DNA from: Macrostomum hystrix
Taxonomy: Eukaryota > Animalia > Platyhelminthes
DNA: 64,000 nt
Direction of reading: 5' to 3'
Assembly (NCBI GenBank): GCA_950097015.1
Contig: CATNEN010000012.1
Location: 1,054,001 to 1,118,000, forward strand
In this document: positions 1 to 12,500 of the stretch, piece by piece
How the letters are laid out: every line of letters begins with the position of its first letter
Position numbering within the stretch: the stretch's first letter is position 1
Program-made: the position numbers and the translations under genes
Notes under the pieces: generated by a model
Told to the model about the DNA's origin: nothing
Seen by the model: only the letters and a program-made list of their open reading frames with translations
Database searches by the model: none

Positions 1-22
1 CAAGGGGGACAGTTGAACTCAC

Positions 23-92
23 CTGCGGCATCTGAGCAGTCTGGTTTCTGCGCCAGCAGCAGCAGCAGCGGCAGCAGCAGTGCCGTTATCAT
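23..92 (-). CDS. First coding exon (signal peptide) of a secreted or membrane protein continuing off the left edge
   Basis: Minus strand reads ATG(92) MITALLLPLLLLLAQKPDCSDAA followed by a phase-1 donor cag|GTGAGT at 23/22; hydrophobic Leu run typical of a signal peptide. Confidence 0.65.
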
Positions 93-1187
93 CTCCTTGG
101 TGAAAACTGATTTCTTGGTAAAAAGAAATTTAGGAATTCTTTTTGGATAAAGTTTAGAGCGAAACGCAGACAGAAAAAGAGCAGTTTTGAGTAAGAAACT
201 GTTGCTTAGCCGTTCTGTTTATCTTATTCAATTGCGACACTGCACGAAAGTGTTTACCCGCAGTTGCCAGGTGAGACTAAAGCTTTGGATGGCGAGTGAG
301 AGAAATCTTAGAGACGCTAGCCTTTTCAATTAGCCATTGTGCCGAGCAAAAGACAGCAAAAGAGTCCCTATAGTCAGTTGGCAAATGCCTACTCAATCTC
401 AGCCTGAGTATGTGCAAAAATAGTTGTGCTCACCATGGAGTTGCATACTCATACTTCATCACCCACCCCAGGCCTAACCATCTCAAGTACACCTGATAGA
501 GACAGGAGCAGAAACTCAGGTTGGGCAGAAGCAGCAGAGGACGGCAGCTGAGATTTGGGATTTGCTGCCTCAACTTTATTTCTATTGAAATTTGATGACG
601 CCTCAGAGTATATGACCGCAGGCTGGGATGACTGCCTTCCTGCGCACAATGGGGAGGGAATTTAATTCATTCATTCATTTCTGTCAGGTCTCCATAAACT
701 AGAAGGGAACGACTGATTTTTAGGGATGAAAATTATTTGCAAATATTGTGCCACCTATTTGCAGCTCAGCTCTGTATCTGACAAGAGGTTGGCTGCAGCC
801 CACTCAAATCACATCGACTCCTGAGCCGTATCCAAAGCAAACGATGAGAAAATAAGCATGACAGATAAGACCTGGGGGTTGCTGGGTGAAAGACAATGCA
901 GAGAGCCCAAGTGACTAGTGCTCAGAGTGGCGACCACATTGAAATGCCATAGTACTCAAACTGGCGCAGGCTCATGACCACCAAGATTTGTCATCTTTTT
1001 AGTTAATTGTCTTCTCGCAACTTTTTTTGTTTTGAAGACGTGGGCCAGTTTGCATTGTAAATTCAGATTTTCTCATTTATTCTCCTAATTGCTTTCAGTT
1101 GCGCCAAGCACCGAAACTTTGGCGCTCAATTGAACTTTAAATTTATGTTACGACTTTGGGAGCTCAGGTAAATTTTAAAGATAACAT

Positions 1188-1825
1188 TGTCTCTACCTGA
1201 CTCACTCTCTTATCTCTACCTGCCTCTCTTATCTCTACGAGCAACCCTCCTCTCTCTCTTATCTCTACCCTCCTCTCTTATCTCTACCTGCCTCTCTCTT
1301 ATCTCTACCTACCTCTCTCTCTTATTTTTACCTGCCTCTCTCTCTTATCTCTACCTGCCTCTCTCTCCTATCACTACCTGCCTTTCTCTCTTATCTCTAC
1401 CTGCCTCTCTCTCTTATCTCTACCTGCCTCTCTCTCTTATCTCTACCTACCTCTCTCTCTTATCTTTACCTGCCTCTCTCTCTTATTTTTACCTGCCTCT
1501 CTCTCTTATCACTACCTGCCTCTCTCTCTTATCTCTATCTGCCTCTCTCTCTTATTTTTACCTGCCTCTCTCTCTTATCACTACCTGCCTTTCTCTCTTA
1601 TCTTTACCTGCCTCTCTCTGATCTCTACTGCCTCTCTTATCTCTACCTGCCTCTCTCTCTTATCTCTACCTGCCTCTCTCTCTTATCTCTACCTGCCTTT
1701 CTCTCTTATCTCTACCTGCCTCTCTCTTATCTCTACCTGCCTCTCTCTCTTATCTCTAACTGCCTCTCTCTTATCTCTACCTGCCTCTCTCTCCCGTCTC
1801 TACCTGCCTTTCTCTCTCCGTCTCA
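1188..1825. repeat. CT-rich minisatellite (about 22-24 bp, ctctctcttatctctacctg)
   Basis: Direct inspection. Confidence 0.9.
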
Positions 1826-2009
1826 ACCAGCCTAAGAGACATAATGATACCAGTTTTTAAGACGAATAATTCGGTAAAGTTTTTAGACGAATTCTATTTA
1901 CATAAAAACTCTGACTACTTACTTTTGTCAGCAGTAGTATCTCTCGGTAGGCATGGAAAACTTCCAGCAAAATATCTAACCCTCCGATAGAAACCTTGTA
2001 ACTTGCACC

Positions 2010-2990
2010 TACTGACACTTCATGATCTACAATCTACTGACACTCCATGATCTACAATCTACTGACACTCCATGATGTACAATCTACTCACACTCCATGG
2101 TCTACAATCTACTGACACTCCATGATGTACAATCTACTCACACTCCATGATGTACAATCTGCTGACACTCCATGATGTACAATCTACTGACACTCCATGA
2201 TCTACAATCTACTGACACTCCATGATGTACAATCTACTGACACTCCATGATCTACAATCTACTGACACTCCATGATCTACAATCTACTCACACTCCATGA
2301 TGTACAATCTACTCACACTCCATGGTCTACAATCTACTGACACTCCATGATGTACAATCTACTCACACTGCATGTTGTACAATCTACTCACACTCCATGA
2401 TGTACAATCTACTCACACTCCATGATGTACAATCTACTCACACTCCATGATGTACAATCTACTCACACTCCATGGTCTACAATCTACTGACACTCCATGA
2501 TGTACAATCTACTCACACTGCATGATGTACAATCTACTCACACTCCATGATGTACAATCTACTGACACTCCATGATCTACAATCTACTGACACTCTATGA
2601 TCTACAATCTACTGACACTCCATGATGTACAATCTACTGACACTCTATGATCTACAATCTACTGACACTCCATGAACTACAATCTACTGACACTCTATGA
2701 TCTACAATCTACTGACACTCTATGATCTACAATCTACTGACACTCTATGATCTACAATCTACTGACACTCTATGATCTACAATCTACTGACACTCTATGA
2801 TCTACAATCTACTGACACTCCATGATGTACAATCTACTGACACTCTATGATCTACAATCTACTGACACTCCATGAACTACAATCTACTGACACTCTATGA
2901 TCTACAATCTACTGACACTCTATGATCTACAATCTACTGACACTCTATGATCTACAATCTACTGACACTCTATGATCTACAATCTACTCA
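2010..2990. repeat. 25-bp minisatellite (ctactgacactccatgatgtacaat)
   Basis: Direct inspection. Confidence 0.92.
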
Positions 2991-3163
2991 TACTTCAAGA
3001 TTGGTGAGAAACTGCATAGTATCAAAGCAAGTGGCCTAGGAATACATAAAATTGTTATAATTTGCAGGTTACCAGGTTTGGCTTTTAGAAAAAGGGGTTC
3101 ATCAATTGTTGAATTTAACTCAGACAATGGCACTTAAAAATGAAAAATGGCTTTGTCGCGAGT

Positions 3164-3270
3164 GGGCAGGGGTAGAGGGGCAGGGGTAGAGGGGCAGGGG
3201 TAGAGGGGCAGGGGTAGAGGGGCAGGGGTAGAGGGGCAGGGGTAGAGGGGCAGGGGTAGAGGGGCAGGGG
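3164..3270 (+). repeat. 14-bp G-rich repeat (ggggtagaggggca)n
   Basis: About 7.5 perfect copies with G4 tracts. Confidence 0.92.
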
Positions 3271-3595
3271 TCAATAATTACGGTTTAGGGTGAACTTAGT
3301 ACGCACCCAGCGCACAATGGCTGCATCCACCCAGCCAAAGAGTTGGGGTGGGTCATTGCTTGCTTCTTGTACCCCTAGGCAGTTAGAAAGAATTTCTAAA
3401 GCAATTTTTCTGCAGCACAGAGCAGCAGATGCAGAATAAAAACTGCCTATAGAAGGAAAGAAGCAAGCCATATATGAAATTATATCTGTGGAGATTTATG
3501 CCAACAGAGCAGCTACTAAAATTCTTTAGTGACTCTCCGCTACAGTCCATAAGCCTAAGTGTAGCTGCTTTGACGAATACAAAAATCAATTACCA

Positions 3596-6500
3596 ATGCC
3601 CCCGCACGGGCATAGTCACAAAGACGGCGGAGCTGGAGGAGGCAGCGGTGGCGGCGGCGGCGGCGGAGACGGGGGCGGCGACGGAGGCGGCGACGCGATG
3701 GCCAACTCGGTTCACAGTCAGGATGGTCAGCAACGGGAGCGGCTGCACATCGGCGACTGGGTGGCTTTGTACAACACCGGGACACAGGGCTACTTCTGCT
3801 GGAATGGCTCCAGGTCTGACACTTCTGACATTCCTGCTGACACTTCTGACATTCCTGCTGACACTTCTGACATTCCTGCTGACACTTCTGACATTCCTGC
3901 TGACACTTCTGACATTCCTGCTGACACTTCTGACATTCCTGCTGACACTTCTGACATTCCTGCTGACATTTCTGACCTGTATGATGACACTTCTGACATT
4001 CCTGCTGACACTTCTGACATTCCTGCTGACATTTCTGACATTCCTGCTGATACTTCTGACATTCCTGCTGACACTTCTGACATTCCTGCTGACACTTCTG
4101 ACATTCCTGCTGATACTTCTGACATTCCTGCTGACACTTCTGACATTCCTGCTGACACTTCTGACATTCCTGCTGACACTTCTGACCTGTATGATGACAC
4201 TTCTGACATTCCTGCTGACACTTCTGACATTCCTGCTGACATTTCTGACCTGTATGATGACACTTCTGACATTCCTGCTGACACTTCTGACATTCCTGCT
4301 GACACTTCTGACATTCCTGCTGACACTTCTGATATTCCTGCTGACACTTCTGACATTCCTGCTGACACTTCTGACATTCCTGCTGACAATTCTGACATTC
4401 CTTCTGACATTTCTGACCTGTATGATGACACTTCTGACATTCCTGCTGACACCCTTTCGACCTTCCAGTGAGAAGAGCTACAATGAGCCGATGTTCTACT
4501 TCGACCAGTCGATGGAGAAGCCGGAGGGCGTCCGGAATCATCGCAGTGAGCGCGATAGTTCGATCATTTTGAGAATGTGAATATTAGGCAACAATATCTA
4601 TTTATACAAACTTGCATCACCCCAACTCCGCAGACCTGATCTTCGAGGTGACCACAGTGAACCGTTATAAAACCCGTCGACGCTACGAGAAGCTTCTGGC
4701 GAGCCTGCCGAAGAACGCAGACCAGCTGACGCCGGAGCAGAAGCTGGCCCTGGATCAGGCTAGGTCAGTCAGAGAAAAAATCATGCTCAGATGAGGGACT
4801 GAAGTTTTATTGCGTCCTTACCCAATAGCAGACCCGCAGCCAGCGAGGAGACAATTCTGCCCTTCAAACAGACCCAAACGCGCACACAGATACATTACAC
4901 AGGCACACACTCACAGAGGTGTGTACATCTGATTGACCTCTGGTTCTAAGCGAACCTGCAGGGGGTAGTTGGCCCCGTGCATGCTTACGGGGTGAGTGGC
5001 GGAGCGGTCAAAACCGTTTGCCTCTCGCACCAAGGTCCCTGAGCTTGGGGACTTGTCGTGCAGTTTACCCTGTTTAGGGCCAACCTCCAAGGCACAGTGA
5101 GAGTGTACACTGCCTTACGATGAGAAAGTCAGGGCAGATGTACACACCTGTGAGCGTGTGGGCTCAGGAGCCAGCGAAATGGGCAGAATTGCCTCCTCGC
5201 TGGCTGCGGTTCTAGTGTCACCAAATGATGTGCCATTGCCCGCCCGAGAAACAGCTGAAGGTCACCCGTCTACGTCCGCTCCAGAGCCAATGCTCAGAAC
5301 GAGGATCGCGACAACAGTCTGGAGATGCGCCGCAGCATCGGTCGCGAGGTCCGCTTCGGCGAGATTCTTCAACTGCGTCACGTGCCGACGGGTTTCTACC
5401 TGCACGTTGACAGCACCTCCCTTAGCAACATGCTCGTTAGCAACCTGCGCGCCTGCCTGAAGCCAGGCAACGGCATCACCGCCCAGATGTACATCCGGCC
5501 GCAGTTCAAGGTCAAGTCGAACGGCGACCCCGTGACCTTCAGCGATCCGGTCACTCTGGAGTCGCTGAAGTTCCATCTGCACGCCCTGTGCGCCTACTTT
5601 CCCTACTGCGAGTTGGCCGACGAGCAGGACAGCCCCGACGGAGCGCCGCGGGCCAGTGTGCGCATCAAGAGAAACTCCAGCACAAGGAACAGTGAGTCGA
5701 CTCAATTCGCTGAAATCGTCATTCTTTTATAAACCAATTAGTTAAACTCCAATGAGCTGAAATCTTATCGAAAATTGTTACTTTTTAAATCCGAAATTGC
5801 TAAATTCTGAATTCCGGAAATCCCAAATTTCAGAAATCCCAATTTTCAAGAAAAGAACTCATTTTAAGCATAATTTACTAGCATCCTGATTTTCGGAAAT
5901 TCCATTTGTTTTATTTTCAAAGAAAATGAGGATTCACCCACCCACCCACCATCCCAGAGGGAGTATTCTCCTCAACCTACGGCTCGGAGGCGGCAATGAT
6001 CAACACTAAAAATGTGCTCGAACGGCAGTTCTCGGCGGCGCACAAGAACCACCTGGTCTTCTCGACTGCGAATTCGCTCAAACTGCGGCACCTGGAGCAG
6101 AGCGAGGCCTCCTTCACCGTGGATGTCAGCAATCGCAGCTCCGGCTTCATGCTCGTGTTATCCAGGAGCTACGTTGAGCAGCTGAACGCCGCCAGGAAAG
6201 ATACGGAACACAAAATTCACGTAAGTCGAATCAACCGACAGGATTAGCTCGAAAACTTTTATCCCCTGTCTCGACTGTTATCCCCTGATCCTTCTGTTAT
6301 CCCCTGATCCTTCTGTTATCCCCTGATCCTTCTGTTATCCCCTGATCCTTCTGTTATCCCCTGATCCTTCAGTTATCCCCTGATCCTTCTGTTATCCCCT
6401 GATCCTTCTGTTATCCCCTGATCCTTCTGTTATCCCCTGATCCTTCTGTTATCACCTGATCCTTCTGTTATCCCCTGATCCTTCTGTTATCCCCTGATCC

Positions 6501-9500
6501 TTCTGTTATCCCCTGATCCTTCTGTTATCCCCTGATCCTTCTGTTATCGCCTGATCCTTCTGTTATCGCCTGATCCTTCTGTTATCCCCTGATCCTTCTG
6601 TTATCGCCTGATCCTTCTGTTATCCCCTGATCCTTCAGTGACTCGACTGTTATCCCCTGATCCTTCTGTTATCGCCTGATCCTTCTGTTATCCCCTGATC
6701 CTTCTGTTATCGCCTGATCCTTCTGTTATCGCCTGATCCTTCTGTTATCCCCTGATCCTTCTGTTATCGCCTGATCCTTCTGTTATCGCCTGATCCTTCA
6801 GTGACTCGACTGTTATCCCCTGATCCTTCAGTGACTCGACTGTTATCCCCTGATCCTTCAGTGACTCGACTGTTATCCCCTGATCCTTCAGTGACTCGAC
6901 TGTTATCCCCTGATCCTTCAGTGACTCGACTGTTATCCCCTGATCCTTCAGTGACTCGACTGTTATCCCCTGATCCTTCAGTGACTCCTGCAAATATTAA
7001 ATATAAATTAGTTCAGTAGTTTATCCATTTATCCAGTAATTCAGTCAATCAATGAGCCGAGCATTCGCTATAAATTGCTCAGGGCCTAGACCTGGTGCGC
7101 CTGTGTCACACAGAGCTGCAGGGCAATCTCGCCGCCGAAGGAAGCTTCAATCAGCAGTCAGAAGACGGTGAGCCCTTAGCGACTTCCTTAAGTGGGATTT
7201 TTTAATTGTTTTTAAGTGACTTCTTTTTGAGTTTCATTGTCCATGAAAGTGTAGAAGTAGGCAAAAATCAGACCTAGCCCAGTTGTGCTAGGTGTGCTGC
7301 CTGTGGCACAGACTCAGCTATCGCGCGGTGCGTCCAATGGCTTTGTACAGCTGTTCAGTCAGTGGACTGGATGGGGGGCCGCCACACCCTCCCAAATGTC
7401 CACCATAACTGATGCTGGTACCCAGTTTAATAATAATAATAATTGCAGGAAGGCTGCAGGCAATGGCATATCATTTGGTGACACTAGACCTGCAACCAGC
7501 GAGGAGGCAATTCTGCCCATTTCGCTGACTCCTGAGCCTCGGAATCGAGCTCGGGGACCTTGGTGCTAGGGGCAAACGCGTTAGACCGCTCCGCCACTCA
7601 CCCCCTAGGGAGTTGGGACACATTATATTGCCGATGGGAACTGAAGCAACGGGGAAGAATGTGTCTGCCTCAAGGACAAAGTTTGTTTCCATTCGGCTGA
7701 GATTTGAACTCCCGACCTTCCGCTACAAGCTTTTCCTGAGATGAGACAAAAGACTATGGAAGAGAACGATAAATTTCAGTTCACCTCCGCCTGCGTCCAA
7801 TGGACAACGCCAACCTGAAGACATTCGTGCCAACCACCAACGCAAACGTGTTCTGGCAGGTGGAATTGGAAAAGTCGCCACTGTCCGCAGAGCCATTGCA
7901 GTGCACTGATCTGCTGCGATTTCGCCACGCTACCACAGGAATGTACCTGTCTGTCAGCGTCGATGGCAAGGTCCAGCTCCTCTCGGACACGATGGAGGAG
8001 GTCGAACGGGTCACCACAGTCTTCAGGGTGCAGACGGCGCGCAAAGGTGTCCAGTACCTGCTGGATCCGTCCATTGGCATAATCGAGAATGTCATCACCG
8101 GCCGCCGGCTCAAGGTGCGACCCCATGCAGATTATCAGAAGAGATCTTCGCCCGGAGCCATGGGCGCGACCATGGAGACAATTCAGTTCGACAATGGACG
8201 TCTGAGACAGGTTACCGAGGACAATTTTATTGCTTGTGTTCAGGCGTGTCTGTTTGAGAATGGGTTACTCCAGTTACTCAGACACAAACTAACCACAAAC
8301 TACTCAGGTGGAAGCCGAACAGAAGGTGGACAGTGACAACGCCTTCAAACTGTTGAAGGTGGAGCCTGAGACGGTGGAGGCCTACAGCATGGTGTCCGGC
8401 TTCAGTGACGCCTTGTTTCCCATGCTGGACTGGGTGAGTAGACTGGTTGGATCTTACACATTCGAGTATTTTGACCGAAACAATAACTAGTACTCTAGAG
8501 CCGCTAATTTGCCTTTACAGGTGCGAAACGGCTACGATTTCCCAGCGAAGGAGCTTGCCTACTTTGTGAACTTTCTTGAGAAGATTCGAGACGAACTAGT
8601 TGAAGAAACGGGGCCGAGCAAGCTCAAACAGAAAATGATGCGCTCGCTGAAGGTTTGTCCGTGGCTTTATCGATGAAAGTAACGTATAAGAAATTTCTTT
8701 ATCGACATAATTAGACTGTTATGCTCTTAAAAGACATTATATCTTGAAATGTACGCTGTCTTAGTTAGTTTTTAGCTTAGTATAAAAATTTGATCTCAGT
8801 GGGTGGCCCTTAAAAGGGCCGTTTAAAATTTTTAATGTCACTCTGAAAATCATCTCGCACAGGTGATCGACTGTGCTCTAGACATGTCCGAAGAAATCGT
8901 CAGACAGAAGACCATGCAAGAAGAGGCCGTTGTGCGGCTTTTGTGCGGCATCAACGCCCTGCTGTTCCAGGTGGTTCATCACTACCTGATGGGCCGCAGC
9001 GCCAAGAACAGATTCTACATCGCCCGCCACTTCGGCCACATGCACAGTCTAGTCGGGCTGCGCAAAGAGGAAGGCCGCAGCGTCATGATGGCGCTGAACC
9101 AGTTCGTTGAAGACAATCGCATCATTGTTGATCGCATCACCGAGGCTCACGTCAACACGCTGATCGACCTGCTGAAGGAGTGGAAGAACTATCTGTTCTT
9201 AGTCTTCTTAACTAGCTATTGCGTCTGCGATGGCACGGCGATTCAGAAGAACCAGCAGTACATCATCAAGTCCTGGTTCTTGAAGACCGAGGAGGGTCTG
9301 TGCCTATTTCGCACTGGCCAGTCAATCGGTCGCATCCGAAATCTGCTGTACATCTCTACGGACACTGGCAGGACCTACATTCCCATGCACGTGTTCGTTG
9401 ATGTGAGTTCCATGGGAACAAAGCTGTGCCAAATTTCTATTTTAATTTCCCAACTCGATCCTCTGTCAACTTTCTCCCGCAGTGTAACTCTCCATTCTAT

Positions 9501-12500
9501 AGCGAGTCCAGCTTTCGCTATCTGGTCCAGCAGCTGAATCTGATGGTGGCACTCTGCGCGGTGAGCGATTTCTATTGGCTTCTAATTTTAGAACTATAAA
9601 ATATACCTATTTAGTTTCTAAAAATAGCTCAGGATTCCAGTACTTAAACAAACATAAGATATCGCTATCTGAATGCATCAGCGCTTATGGGAAAACCCTT
9701 GATACTCTACTTGTATAATCAGTACTTAAAACACAAAATACCAAACACAGGAGTGCAACATCGAAGGCATTCATCAGATCACCACCAACCTGGAGCTCAT
9801 CAACTGGGACAGCGCTTTCCTCTGCCTGCGCTCCGACATTATGCCCAGCGACATACGCGCCAAGTTCTGCGAAGTCATCACCGTGATGTTTATCGATGTC
9901 GGCACTCGCTATTCCATTGTAGAGCACACTCTCACGTGCTTCGACTACGTTAAGAACACCGAGGAAGTTGAGAAGGTTTGTGGAACTTGAGAGTGCTAGA
10001 CAATATGAATGCCACAATATGACTGCCACAATATGACTGCCACAATATGACTGTCACAATATGACTGCCACAATATTACTGCCACAATATGACTGCCACA
10101 ATATGACTGCCACAATATGACTGTCACAATATGACTGCCACAATATGACTGTCACAATATGACTGCCACAATATGACTGCCACAATATGACTGTCACAAT
10201 ATGACTGCCACAATATGACTGCCACAATATGACTGCCACAATATGACTGCCACAATATGACTGTCACAATATGACTGTCACAATATGACTGTCACAATAT
10301 GACTGCCACAATATGACTGCCACAATATGACTGCCACAATATGACTGCCACAATATGACTGCCACAATATGACTGCCACAATATGACTGCCACAATATGA
10401 CTGTCACAATATGACTGCCACAATATGACTGCCACAATATGACTGCCACAATATGACTGCCACAATATGACTGCCACGATATGACTGCCACAATATGACT
10501 GCCACAATATGACTGCCACAATATGACTGCCACAATATGACTGCCACAATATGACTGCCACAATAAGACTGCCACAATATGACTGCCACGATATGACTGC
10601 CACAATATGACTGCCACAATATGACTGCCACAATATGACTGCCACAATATGACTGCCACAATATGACTGCCACAATATGACTGCCACAATATGACTGCCA
10701 CAATATGACTGCCACAAGTAGAAAATAACTCAATAATATAACATAATGCACTAATACATAATACAAAACTCGCGTTATGTAATGTACTATATTTGCCACG
10801 CACTCCCTCACACAGGTGTGTACATCTGCCCTGACTTTCTCATCGCTAGGCAGTGTACACTCTCATTGTTTCTTAGAGGTTGGCCCTCAAGGGCGTAAAT
10901 TTCACGACAAGCCTCAAAGCCTTCTCTCAGTGGCTGCGCCCCAAAATGAGTGTGGCCTCGCCGCGGATTCGAGTTTGGGATACTTGGTGCGAGAGGCAAA
11001 CGCGTTAGACCGCTCTGCCACTCGCCCCCTTAAGTCACGGTTGCTTAGAATTATACCTGTAAATCCCATCTTCAAACCAAAGGTCAACGAGACTTGGCCA
11101 GAATTCGACGAGGTGCCGGACACTGGCACGGGGGCCAGCAGCGGCAGCATCGACTTTGAGATGCAGCTTGGCAAGCGCGGCGGCGGCGACAGCGGCGTTG
11201 GTGGCAACGAGGACAAAGTGCACGACCTGATGCTGTGGGTGAAGAAGTTCCTGATGGAGAGCCGGCACATGGTCCAGGACAACTACGCCGAGAACCTCTT
11301 CCTAACCCAGGTGTTCGAGCTGCTGGCCGTCCTAGTGAAGTTCGGCTTCTACTCCGACCAGGAGGGCTGCGCCAGCCTCAGCGACACCATCCTGGAGGTG
11401 CTGGACGGCCGGATCGACTTTCCCAGCCTGAAGCTGCGCGCCGAGCACAAGGCGGACTCTGAGAAGGCGCTGATCCGGCGCTTCCGGGACAGCGACAGGT
11501 TTCGAGTGAAGTTCGAGAATCGCTTCATGCTGCGGGCCAAGGTGCGCGGCATCGATGTGCTCACGCTGATCATGGACCAGGTGAAGAACCAGTGCCTGGG
11601 AGAGTACATCCGGCTGTTCATCGCGGCCAAGCACTACAGACAGGACGAAGCCAACATGCGCATCTGCACCTTCCTGACCATCCTTGATGATGACTTCAAC
11701 CCGGACGCCATCGACGCGAAGACGCAGCGCCTGGTGGGCCAGATGAAGCAGCAGATCATCCAGATGTACAACGCCGTTCAGGTGATCAACATGCAGCGCT
11801 TCCAGAGTGTCATGCTTGACCTGGCCCTCTACAAGACTGACGATCTGGTGCAGAAGGCCACGGCGGCAATGTGCAAATTCTTCTTCGGCAAGAGCGGCAT
11901 GTACGAGTCGGCCAGGCGGGCCTACTTCTGCTCAACTAACGAGTCCCGCAAGCTTCACCTGCGACTGCTTAAGAAGATACCCAAGCTGCGCATTCTGATA
12001 CACTCGCAGTGGGGCAAGTTCAACTGCAAGCGCATGATTCGCATCCTCAGAGAGCTGGCCAGCTGCTGCTGCTATCAGGGCCAGCCGCACCTCATCAACC
12101 AGATGATCATCTTCAGCCACGACGCCATGGATTTGGTGGACGGCATCCTGAGCAGGCCGCATCACACCCTGGAGAAGGTCAGAAGACATTTCGCCATAAC
12201 CATAAAAATGCCATTACTCCAGATCCTAAGATCGATAAGAAATCCCAGATCCTCAGATTGATTAGACATCATCCAGATCCTCAGATTGGGAAGACATCAT
12301 CCAGATCCTCAGGTTGGGAAGACATCATCCAGATCCTCAGGTTGGGAAGACATCATCCAGATCCTCAGGTTGGGAAGACATCATCCAGATCCTCAGGTTG
12401 GGAAGACATCATCCAGATCCTCAGGTTGGGAAGACATCATCCAGATCCTCAGGTTGGGAAGACATCATCCAGATCCTCAGGTTGGGAAGACATCATCCTG

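Noticed and set aside
3474-4580. Long ORFs in several frames (LTFLLT, QECQKCQ, DTSDIPA) that look like metallothionein or repeat proteins
   Set aside because: They are translations of the 21-bp minisatellite in IP3R intron 1; GT-AG splicing joins the flanking exons in phase.
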